A DNA stretch of 64,000 nt, taken from the NCBI RefSeq assembly GCF_009914755.1, contig NC_060927.1. One strand, 5' to 3'. Position numbers and translations under genes: made by a program. The notes under the pieces were generated by a model. That model worked only from the letters and a program-made list of their open reading frames with translations. It was not told where the DNA came from and made no database searches. Source of the DNA: the human T2T-CHM13v2.0 reference genome, Homo sapiens. Below are positions 51,871 to 64,000 of the stretch, in pieces (position 1 is the first letter of the stretch; each line of letters opens with the position of its first letter).

Positions 51871-52138
51871 CTGAGCCTCTCCTTGTTCACAGGGCAAGGG
51901 GAAGGCAAGGGGATCTTCAAGAGAATGTGACTGTGGGGGATTATGGCTTTCTGGCCAATTTGTGTGCGTATTTTGTACCCAGAATACTATTATACGGTTT
52001 CTTACCCGGAGGACAGTGGTTGGGAGGCTCAAGAGTTTGGAATCAGAGCCCTCCACCGAGGAGCCACACCTCTGCTTTTTCATCAGCGACAGGGATATAA
52101 AAATACCTCTGGGTGAATTGTCATGTGGACCAATGGGC

Positions 52139-52376
52139 ATACCTAGCACTTCATAGACTCCTATCACACATTATTTTATACCTAGCACTTCATAGACTCC
52201 TGTCAGGCATTATTTTATACCTGGCACTTCATAGACTCCTATCACATATTATTTTATACCTAGCACTTCATAGACTCCTATCACGCATTATTTTATACCT
52301 AGCACTTCATAGACTCCTATCACGTGTTCATTTTATAGCTAGCACTTCATAGACTGCTATCACGCATTCATTTTTA
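52139..52376. repeat. Minisatellite, ~6 x 39 bp (ATACCTAGCACTTCATAGACTCCTATCACACATTATTTT)
   Basis: Directly visible; gives the repeated peptide YLALHRLLSHIIL in ORF 52113..52352. Confidence 0.95.
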
Positions 52377-53476
52377 CTAGTACCTATTGAACACTAAGTT
52401 CCAGGCACTGGGCTAGGCACTGGGATGGTGTGGTGAGCAAAAACTGACCAGTCCTGCCGTGGAGTTTGCTGGGGGAGACACATGTTACTCAAAGAATCAC
52501 ACTAAGGATAGGTAAGTGATGCTCTGGAAGGGTATGTACAATGGAACTGACAGGGTAATCAGGGAAGGTTAAGCAGACCTCCAAAGGAAGAATCAACCTG
52601 TTAAGAGGAGGAGAATGCATTCCAAACAAGAGTAACCACATCCCAAACCCACCACCTCCAATTCCGAACCCAAACAGGGATGTGCAGTTGTCTGTGCTTG
52701 GTTCCAAGCCGCTCATAGAAACCCTCTGAGATTCTGCCCTGGAGCCTTTCATTCATGTAATGGAGACTTTCATTTATGAAATGGAAGCCCTGTTTAGCCC
52801 ATACCAATAAAAACAAGTGAGAAATCCCTGAAACAAGACTATACAGTCTATTTTAAGACCTACATTCTTCAGCACTTGGCAGGTATACGTTGGGCTGCCA
52901 TTTCACATTGGGAGGCATGTTTTGTTTGCTTTTTTGTGTTTTTAAAAAATTCCTTTCTTCCCCCCTCTCCGAGAAACACCCAAGAATGATCAATAAATAC
53001 TAAAAAAATTTTAAAAAATCCTTTTTTCCTCTGTACAGATTTAGTGGTTATTACTGTTAAAACTTTTCTAATACTTTGCAAAGTCTAAAATTAATCATTA
53101 TTTTATCATCCTTTTCCTCCAAATAAAAGAACATAAATAAAGTAAAAGGTCATGAAGTCCCACCAATCTAAGACCACTTTAGTTTCTTGTCTTGGGATTT
53201 CCGAGCCATGCTGGTGTTGGTATAAATGGAAAACTTAGAACTAGTCTGTGGCTACCAACTCCTGGGGGACTGTTTCTCTCCTGACTAGAAGCAGCAATGG
53301 AGACAGGTTTCTTTGTTGCTTACCCCAGCCTGTAGGCGGATATTTTCAGCCACACCTTTTCACGCTGAGGGTGTAGTCCCTGGGCGGGTCTCAAGTTTAG
53401 GTCAGAAGGGGAGTCCTTTAGTCCAGACATTTGCCTTTTGTGAGCCTAATCCTTGGTCTCTATCCACCCTGCCTAG

Positions 53477-53522
53477 CAATTTATCTCAAAGCTTCAAGTT
53501 CCTGCCATCTACATGTGCCCAG
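53477..53522 (+). other. ROPN1B: Candidate alternative 5'UTR exon of ROPN1B (5' edge uncertain)
   Basis: Strong donor CCAG|GTGAGC at 53522/53523; possible acceptor ccctgcctag| at 53476. Confidence 0.45.
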
Positions 53523-54402
53523 GTGAGCCCTAGTTTCTTCATTTGCCCAGCACTGCGGGTTCCCCTTTCCTCACCTCATTGGCCACTGGAAGATTTCTCT
53601 CACTTCACTGCAAGCCCAGCAAGGCAATGTGAAAGGCTTGTACTGAGATTTGTCTGGCCTCTAGGTGTTTTGAAGAGGGACAGCTTTTTAGCATATCTAG
53701 TCTGTCCCTTTCTCTACTAAAAGCAGAAAAAAATCTTTTGATCTGTTGTTTATTTGTGGATGGAATTGTATATATTTTATGGATGTTCATGTTTTGTTTC
53801 AATTTGTCCTGGAACTTTTTGAGAGAAAATGTACGAGTTTTCCGCCTGACAATTAGAGTTGAAAAAACATGCAGCTATAAACAGAGACGCTCATCAAATG
53901 GCTGTTTAATGACTATTTTTATATGGAAATAACCTAATGTTAATTCATAGAGGGTTCAGAGTAAATTTTGCTACAATTCTTACCTAGCTAATAAGAGCTG
54001 GATGACATGCAAAGATGTTCATGATATACTTTTGAGTAAATAAGCTGTTTTGCATAATCTTATTTTTTTGTTTTACAAACATATATATTTATACTGAAAA
54101 ATTCTGGAAGGAGACATCCAATATTTTAGGGTGATACCATTAGGGATTTTTTTGTTGACTTCCACTTTTTAAATAAAAAAGGACTGTGTAATTTTTACGT
54201 AAAGGATATAACTATTTACAACAAAAAGTAGGGGTTAGCAGACGGCTTTCTAACCTTGCCGTTGTGTAACAATAGAATGCATTTGTCTTGCGGAGTCCCC
54301 AAAATTGAGTGTCAAACAGAGGCTGGGTGACCTCCTGTCCAGGATTGCTCTCATCTTATGAGTCCAAGTTTTCATCTTATGTATTTTTTCTCCTGAGAAT
54401 AG

Positions 54403-54588
<186 letters not shown>

Positions 54589-57500
54589 TAAAACCGCGGA
54601 GGTTGTCATGGCTGCAGCCAGGGGGTCGGGACTAACTGGCATCGTCTTTGTTTTAGCTCTTGCATTGCTTTGATGCTTTAAAATCCACACATAAATACTA
54701 CATCTAGCCGGGCAAGGATGGGATGCCTCCCCTAAGCGAGCCAGATTGAGCAGTAGGACGCCAGGTCAATAGGCCGTGTCCTGGGGCAAGCAGCAAGTTA
54801 GATGACCGCGTCACACCAGCGTATGCACACCCACCTCCTCCCTGCACGCCTTTTCCCACTCTCGGTGGAAAGAAGGGCTGGGAATCTCCGCAGCTTAATC
54901 TGCCTTTCTTCATTCTCCTGTCTCACCACTAGATGGCAGCAGTGCAGCCGGGGGAGGGAAGCGACAGCCCTGGGTGGATGGGGTGGGACCAGTCCTGCTA
55001 GTTCACTCCTTTAAGGAGACACTTCCTCCCCTGCTGTTAAAACTCATACTTGGACCCAACCAAAGAGGCTTTGTATCTTTGAGGAAATTATTGTTATTTT
55101 CTTTGGTGTTTCTCTGAACTGATTTGTTCTGCCAACATAATGATGTCCTCACAGTACACACTGCATTCTGGGGAAAGGCCAGGCAGAGTGATGGGGTCCT
55201 CAGGCATGGCTGAAAACAGTGTGCCTCAAACACGGGTGCCTTCTTTCAGGAGAGACCTCCAGAGGCTGCTCAGTAGATGGAGCTTACACAACAATCGCTG
55301 CGGGCCTGGATTGAAGTAGCTTTGCACAGAAAGCCTCTCAGCTATGAAATTGCTCCTTGGACAAACTTGCCTGCTTGAAACTGGGGAACCAGGACTTGAG
55401 ACAGGAGTTGGAAGATAACTAGACCTCACGGACCATTTTCAGGCTATTTTTACTGTTTGATGATTCCCTGCTTAGGAGGGTTTCAGTGGGAAAGTGAGAG
55501 TGAGAGAGGCCGTTGAGAGAAAGCCAGTGAGTTGGGGAAGGGAAGATGTCCTCAGGCTGAGGTTGTGAGTGGGTGTCCTGGGCAGATGGTGGGGAGAGTG
55601 TGGACACCTTTGAGAAGACACAAAATGGCACCTAAGAGGGGCCTTTCGGAGTCTCTGAGCCAGTATTGTGCTCCTGGTCTGGATTAGGATGCAGCTTTTA
55701 CAATTGGAAGGAAAATAGGCCAGTGGTGCTCATAAAAAGAAACATAAATGGGGGTTGCTTTGCCTAGTAATAAGCCCTGTTTAGTTTTCCATTCTAAATT
55801 TTATATATTGCCTCTAAGATTGAACTTTAGCTTCAGAAGACTAATTTATTTTGGCATAGTCAGATAGACAGACTTTATCTTATACGTTAGTTTCAAACCC
55901 ATTTGATTGTTCTTGTGCTGCCGTTTTATAGTAAGCAAAATGACATTGCTTAGTATTGTCCCTGACATTTATGGAAGAGGCATTCCACTATTGTAGACTG
56001 CTTGCTCTCGTATTGTATCACGTGCTATAATTTTTTTAGACATCCATGAAAACTTAGTTTGTAGTTTAACCACAATGAAAAAGGAGGGCATGACCTAAGA
56101 GCCCCCTCCATTCTATCCAGACATGAAAAGCACTGCTCAGATGGTTGTATGTGACTTACTTAAAACCTGTAGCATTTTAGAGAATAAAACTCTGCAAAGT
56201 GTTTCCAAGACAAAATACGTTTTTAATCCATTGCAAGTAAGAATTTCCCTACATATGTGTTGTCAATGAAGAAACCTCTTACCAGGTATTGGCAGGACAT
56301 ATACTTATTTGTCCTCTGGTAGGCATGTGTTACAACTCAAATTTGCAATATATGTGTATAACCATGGACCTGATCACTTGCAAATGAAGCTCAATAACCC
56401 AAAGAATGAAATCCATGATTACAGCTTTGCTTCCATGTTGTCTAACCAATTCCACAAGAAGTCCAGAGATGTTGCTGCTGAGTGTTACTCTACCCGGGCA
56501 GCACTTCTGTGGAATGAGGTGCTGTGTGTCTCTGTCCCTCCCATTTATACCACCCAAGTCTGGAAGTCTGGTTTATAAAGCCTGAGTCCACACCCTGCTC
56601 CTGTTGTCACAGTGCACCCACACCCCGCCCACCCCAACACTGATCTGTGTGCAGAGATTTCTCAAGCACATTGTTAAAGGTGCCCTTCCTGCTGATGACC
56701 TCCAAGTGGTGACCGGCAGTTACTCCTTTAGTCCATGTAGCTTTCACTCTGCCTTGCTATGTGGCTTAGAGACAGGCAATCGTTAGCCCATCATTGTATG
56801 GCTTGACCCTAAAGTGGGCTTTTACAAAATTCCCTCTATATTATTTTCATACTACCTGGATCTGGAGGAAGTAATGGAGGGAAAAAAGCAGGGCGGAACA
56901 GAAATTTGTGGTTCATGGATCGTCAATAACCAGGCTTTTGATGGAGACAGACCCTGCCATGCTGCTTTGGTGACCCACATGTCAGCGGCTCATGTCCATT
57001 CCCTGCTGCAGGCAGCCTCTTTTCATCTTATGCCAGTCCTGAAACAGAACTCAGTACTTGTTCCACAATGCCCCCAAACAAAGTCCACTCCACAAAACAT
57101 TGAGGAGCAGGCAGATTTCACTGAAAATTTTGAGGGAAGATGGAGAAACAGTTTTATTTTACAGGCACCATATAGCTTAAGGTTGTCTCAAACCTTCTTT
57201 GGCTTCTCTTCTCTCCTGAGCCTTGCACAGTGCCCTGCCAACCCTCTCTCCCTTCCCTCTTGAAGCCCCAAGCCTCACTACATACGGCCAGAAATCCTTC
57301 CTGATTCACCCCAGGATGCTTCCATCTCTTCCCTTTCCTCCTTTTTCATTTCTTCAGAGATGGGGGTCTTACTCTGTCACCCAGTCTGGAGTGTAGTGGC
57401 ACAATTATAGTTCGCTGCCTCCTCAAACTCCTGGGCTCAGTGGTCCTCCAGGCTCAGGCTCTGCAGTTGCCAGATTACAGGCCGTAGCCACCATTCCTGT

Positions 57501-57863
57501 GCTGCCTTCCCCTTTCTTACGTACATTACTTTTTAGTTCTCTTCCAACTTCTCTTCCCAAGATTATATATACACATGTAACATATATCTGTGTGTATAAA
57601 ACATTCAGAGATGACTGGAAAAAAACCCTGAACCCAATATGCTCCAGGGAATTGCATACCCAAACTTTTCTTGGTTCTTCCTCATCCTTAGAGAAGAACA
57701 AAGCTTTGTATTCTCTAAGCATTCTCTGTGCCCTAAGTGGAGAGTAACACATTCAGACTTTTCCCATATGTAAGTGAACTAAACACAATGACACATAGAA
57801 GCCACTTTACAAAGGTTCCTTTCTCTACCTCCTTCCCTCAGAAGAAGGGGGAAGGATTGCTAG

Positions 57864-58061
<198 letters not shown>

Positions 58062-59207
58062 TGAGGAGAATGTAGGGACAGTGTTGAGGCTGGGTGGGTA
58101 CAGACGAAAGCCCTCTGTTCTCCTGCCAGTCAGCTGACCACTTAGCACCACCCTAAAATACACTAAACCGTGGACTGAAAGTAAATCTTCCCTTGGGGAA
58201 ATGGGAATAATTTTGAAATAGGCTGCAGGCTGAGTCATTGGTGGGGTCATCCCAGATTTCCTTGAAGCTGGCAGAATGTACAGGGGCTCAATGCAATGCT
58301 AATCTTGTCTCTCCAGAAAAGTGCAGGTCCTCAGTCACTCGACAGTGTCTCCTTACTGATCAAGACCATAATATGATGCCAATCACAGTTTGGGGAAGGG
58401 CATATTTTAGCTCCCCAGTTATCCCAGGTCCAGACATTGCTTTTAGCTTTTAGGGAGAGGCTGTGAGCCTCTTCATAGCCACATCATCCTGGGAGCTGCC
58501 TGGTGAATGAATGCATGAGGAGGGTCCGGCTTGAGAAAGTTTGTGGTTTGGCCAATTCCCAGGAAATATGGTTGAGCACCACCAAACCCTGCTTTATGAT
58601 CCAGGACAGAGCGGTTTGGGGTGATTTAGGACTGGCTTGGCTAACCACCTTGGTCCCAGAGGCTTAGCATTTCACTAGAATCAGACAGTCAGGAAAGGTG
58701 TTGGAGCACTTCATCGGGCATCTGTGCTCTTGTTGCATTGGTGGCCAACAACCAGTCATCTTCCCTCCTTTTGTCCACCAAGCACCTTGTGCAGTGAACA
58801 TGACAGAGCTCTAAAATACCTGGGATCAAGTAACATTAGGCAGCCAGATCAAATCCCCGTGGGTCAGCCACATACCCCATATCATTCCTGGGAAAGCATG
58901 AGGGATGCACTTGAGGTCTAGAGCTAAGAACTCAGTGCAATCGGGAAGAAACAGACCTATGTCTTGTTCTAATTTTACCGTTAATTAGTGGTCTCAGGTA
59001 AGCCCTCTACCCCTTGGTTTTGTTTTCAGGCTCTTCTATCTGTCATATAAGGAATAAAACAATTTAGGAATACAATAGCAGATAAAAGCATCACCAGAAA
59101 TTAAAATGTAATATAAATGTATATCTTTTGCATAATTCTGACACCTAAAGTTTGACAATTAATAAATTATATTTCAGCATGCTCTTCACTAGGATTTGCA
59201 AAGGTAA

Positions 59208-59531
<324 letters not shown>

Positions 59532-61689
59532 TAGCTTGACTGTTTTTTGTTCCTGAAGGGGAAATCTCCCTCTGGGCCTGGAAGGGCAGTGCATCTATAC
59601 ACGCAGTCAACTCTGCAGGGCTGATGATAAACATGCCTCTTCTCCTATTGTCCTTCTCCTCTCTAAAGCAAGGTCATTTCTGTGCTCGTCAGGCAGTGGC
59701 AGGGGTTGGGAGGAGGAGAGAGGGAAACACTGTGGTCAGGCTCTGGGGAGAGTTGACTACAGTGTAGCTCTTGGATTATTTATGAATATTGCCCTCAGAT
59801 TTATTTTCACTCTGCTCCTTCCATTCATATTCCCAGAGACAACCAAGAGCCGACTGTAGAAAAAGACTTCCAGACACCTAGAATATATATCAATAGACAC
59901 TGTTTAAAAGGGGTACAATCTTATAGAAAACTATGTAATAAACAGAATTGGATGCAGAACTCAGACATAAGAAAGCAAAAACAAAGAGAGATGAGGCTAT
60001 TTCTGAATTTAGTCATGACATCTCCATGGATACAGGATGTTCATACAGATTTATGCCTTTTCCAAATTTGACTTGTTTGATATTGGAAAAACAATTTTAC
60101 TGTTTTGAAGCCAAAGATGTTGAAATCAGTTTATATGTATAGATATTTAAAGCTTGGGTATCTTATATGTGGACTTACATTGTTAAACATTGTTAAAATA
60201 AAATGAATCAAAAACATGGTTTTTAAAAAGAATCCCTGAGATACATAAAAGTTTGAAAATTATTGAGAAAATAATTGCCTCTGCCAAAAACAAATGGTAT
60301 GAAAAGGTAGTCTGAATCATTCAGCATATCTAAACATAATCTTGTTCTTCTCAAATATGCTTGGAATGCATATTTGACACGTTTGTTTCTGAGAAAATTT
60401 AGCAGAAATATTGTAGTCCAACTTTTCCTATAGCTTCCCCTACAATGTTTATCATTGCTTTAAAGAGAAGTGAACAAGAGGACATTTGTGGCTTTTTTTC
60501 TTCATTGTCCTTTATAGCATTTATTACTGAATAAATCACTATCCTCTGAGGAGGAAAGGAAAGTAAGCAGCAGAGGCCTATGAGTTGTCAATCAGGACGG
60601 GAAAATCACAAACGGGAAGATAAAAAAATGAACACATTTTATTAAATTTTCATAGGTTTACAGATTTTTTTCACACCACATTTGGAGATGTTTTGGGGGA
60701 AAATGTACCTTTAAAATTTTATCTGCAGTTAATTCTGATCTTGTCTACCCCACCCACAAAGGGTCAAATAAGAAAATAAATAAATTCAATCCAATCCTGA
60801 AATTTTAGTCTGATGCAGTAACTGAAACAGCCTAAAGGTACATTTCCCAGTATCTCAGGTTTTTCCTCACCACGCTCTCTTCTCCAAGATGGCAGTTGAA
60901 TGTAGATGGAAAGAGGACCACAGAGCAGTCGTTTCTCACATCCCTCAGTCTTCTCTGGCATCTCTGGTCTCCATGGTAATGCCTGTCTGTCTGGTCGCTA
61001 GCTGCCTGCAGCTTAAGTTTTTGGTCTCGTCTCTCCCAGATTGGTGAAAGTCTGAGGATGCCTCCCGAGCTGGCTCATTTCAGTTCTCAATGGTGTCAAG
61101 GGCCTCTTTGAGTCCGCCAGGGTGTGCTATCTGCTCCCTGGCTCTGGTGGTCTACTTCACAGCCCCTCACCAGTGTGTGATGTGTCTGAGCCCTTCCCTT
61201 ATCCCCATACCTCAGAGTAACAAAGAGTGACTTTGGAAAGTCAAATTCCAACCCTCCCTCTGCTTAGCCCACCGTGTAGATGCTAAGTTTCTTCTGATGT
61301 ACCTGCCTCCCAAACTAGAGAGGGGAAATCATGAGGTGAATTGGATCTTTCTACTTCCCTTCTAAAACAAGGAGGTGGGATTCAATGTTCCATGAGATTC
61401 ATCTACCTCTGACATCCTGTGATTCTATCCCCACTTCTCTGCTTCCTCTGAGACACCCTCAGGCCTACCTCTGAATAACAGTGAGCTCCTCCAATTCTAA
61501 GAGGCCTTGACATATCTGACTTTGCTCCTCATCATCCCCATGTCAAAGAACCCCTAGAGGTAAAGTCAGCCTGGAGGTTAAGTCTGTAAATAAGGGGTGC
61601 CCTATGAATCCAGTAATCAATACCCTTATATTCATTTCTATCATGCTGGACTGTTTCTGGGATCTTAAATGTGGGGTTGGTCAGTGGTA

Positions 61690-62012
61690 CAGTGTGAATG
61701 TTTGTGTCCTCCCAAAATTCATATATTGAAATCTCAACTTCCAAGATGATGGCCTTAAAAGTAGGGCCTCTGGGAGTTGATTAGGTCATGAGGGTGGAGC
61801 CCTCATGAATGGGATTAGTGCCCTTATAAAAGTTGCCCCTCCACCAAGTGAGGACACATAGAAGGCATCATTCATGAGGAACAGGCCCTCACCAGAGAGC
61901 AAATCTGCTGGCACCTTGGTCTTGGACTTCCCAGACTCCAAAACTGTGAGCAATAAATTTCTGTTGTTATAAATTACCCAGTCTAAGGTATTTTATTATA
62001 GCTGAGACTAAG
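61690..62012 (+). mobile_element. MaLR LTR (MST/MLT1A-like) in ROPN1B intron
   Basis: tgaatgtttgtgtcctcccaaaattcatat...ataaattacccagtctaaggtatttt. Confidence 0.8.
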
Positions 62013-62699
62013 TCAGGGGTCACCATCTGGTGGAGACCTTGCATCCTAGTTAATTCATATATCCTTAGAGGCAAGCCCAGAGTTTCTCTTTCCTTTGCGA
62101 ATTCAACGGCAAGACAGGATCTCTGTGTCATCTAGAAAAGCCAGTTTGTTCCTTGTAGAAGAGTCTAGTAACAGGAATTTTTACTCCGGTAGGTAATAGG
62201 TACATTTACTCCATCTTGAGCTCTCTGCGTCGAATACACATTATTCAGAATGCGATGGCACACAGACCTGTATTCCTCCCCCCTTCAGCACTCCTTCCTC
62301 TGGACTGGCCTATGCCACCTCCTGTTCCACTGAACTGATTATTAAAAAAGGAAGAGATCACGTATGTAGAAAATAATCATGTTCACTGGAAAGAATGACT
62401 TTTTTTTAGCAAATTATTCACATTTCAAGGCTTTCACCTCTGACTTTGAAAATGAAGCTCACAAGATGTTTAAAGACTACCTCTGTGAAGTGGATCCCCA
62501 AAAAAATATTGTGCAAGAGAATGAAGATCTGTTTCCTTTAGATTTATGTCAGTTTACCAAATAGCTCTAGTACAGTTATTTATCCACTCATCCATTTATT
62601 AAATCTTTAAAAATATTTAAAAATCTTACGAGGCAATAGAATTTGAAGGGTTATTGTTTGAATAATCAATAAAAGATGATGTTTAGAGTTGAAAGCCCC

Positions 62700-63048
62700 T
62701 ATGTTAGTTTGTTAGGGCTGCCATGACTTGGTGGCTTGAACAACAGAAATTTGTTGTCTCTCAGTTCTGGAGGACAGAAGTTCTGGGAACAAGCTGTCAG
62801 CAGGACTGCTTTCTTCTGAGACGTTTCTCCTTGGCTTAAAAATGGCCAGCTTCTCGAACTGTGTCCCTCTGTGCCTACATGTCTGGTGGCTCTCTCTATG
62901 TCCTAACTCCTCTTCTTAAAAAGACACCCTACTGACTTCATTTTAACTTATCTTTTTAAAGGTCGTATGTTCAAATACAATTGCATTCTCCAGTTCTGGG
63001 GTTAAGGCTTTGACATATGAATTTTAGGGGGAACAATTCAGCCCATAC
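62700..63048 (-). mobile_element. MaLR LTR (MLT1A-like)
   Basis: ttagtttgttagggctgcc...acatatgaattttagggggaacaattcagccc. Confidence 0.75.
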
Positions 63049-64000
63049 CACCACCCCATGGAGAGGGCAACAGAACAAAGCATTAGGGGTGCAGAGGGTT
63101 GTTTTTGTTTGCTTGTTTGTTTGTTTTTTACAGAAACGGGTGAGCTGTGGGTGGAAATTATAAAGTTCAGAGTGTGCTTGCAAATCTACCCCAAAGCATT
63201 CTCCCACTCACAAGCATGACTTACCATCCTCCCAGATAGCCGCATATATACTTGTTAGCCCCATGCCTGCCCTCCCACCTGCTCTGAATTAAGTGGAAGT
63301 GCCTAGAAGATGCAGTGTTTCACAATGATTTCCATGATAGGACCCCCAGGGACAGAGGAGAGGAAAGGAAGGTGGCCTGCCTCAAACTCATTTTTTTTTG
63401 ACATCGTGTGGTTTATTGAAGATTCTGTTTCATAAAATAACAATGCTTACTAAATGTAAAGAAACAAATTTTAAATATTAACTCAATTAAAATTAATAAT
63501 TATTATAAATTATGTTTAAATTACTTGCCATCAAGTAAAACTATCACTCAAGGAAGAGTTTATTCACATCCTCAGTACCTCCTGACATAGACTTATGCTC
63601 CTGGGTAACACATACCACAGTTAGAGAAGCCTCATCTAGGCAATCATTCTGTTCTGGGAGAGGATGAGAGGAGAACAGCAGACATCAACTGCTAAGGCAG
63701 GACAAGTCTCCTCTACTAATCATGTGGGAAGATACAGCAGCTGCTTTTTCACTCACCCTAAGTCACCACTCAGGACTGATCTTTCACTGATCCCTGGAAG
63801 AGTGTGTCAGGATGATCCGTACATCACCAGTTTCAGTAAACCACCAAGATCTGTATGCTGAGCTTCATTTCACAACTCTTTTGCTTGTAACATTTATTCA
63901 AAGGGTGGGTTATTTAAAGACATGAGATGAGTTCTGAGCATGCTCCTTTAATGTTCAAGTTTCATTGTAAGGAGGGTTTGCTTCTGTAGTAACCCTTCTG

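Noticed and set aside
51310-52167. 285-aa minus-strand ORF across the ROPN1B promoter
   Set aside because: Stop-poor CpG island plus repeat-derived sequence; no recognisable domain.
52139-52376. CRISPR-like array (also considered for 11312-11467)
   Set aside because: Units are contiguous with no unique spacers, there are no cas genes, and the DNA is primate; these are ordinary minisatellites.

Overview
Human (primate) genomic DNA, recognisable as the 3q21.2 FAM86JP–ALG1L–ROPN1B segmental-duplication mosaic. Locus identity comes from recalled protein sequences, not a database search. Contents: (1) 1.3–12.4 kb (+): exons 2–8 of an EEF2KMT/FAM86 duplicate (FAM86JP), inactivated by a nonsense codon and two frameshifts. 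(2) 11.7–17.0 kb (−): a 5'-truncated ALG1 duplicate (ALG1L/ALG1L1P) with exons 6–9 and 11–13; exon 10 is absent. It still splices into an open 187/200/207-aa frame, with a new Kozak ATG and a lost stop codon. (3) 19.06–25.10 kb (+): a full-length, dead L1PA2-like element with a 15–16 bp TSD, whose antisense promoter points into the promoterless ALG1L fragment. (4) 25–40 kb: old repeats. (5) 40.4–44.0 kb (+): a 3.6-kb TSD-flanked processed retrocopy of the short, alternative-terminal-exon isoform of FBRSL1 (AUTS2 family), retaining a CpG island. (6) 51.4–59.5 kb (+): the promoter and first three coding exons of ROPN1B; the gene continues beyond the window. The most interesting signals are the putative L1-antisense-promoter-driven ALG1L gene and the FBRSL1 short-isoform retrocopy.
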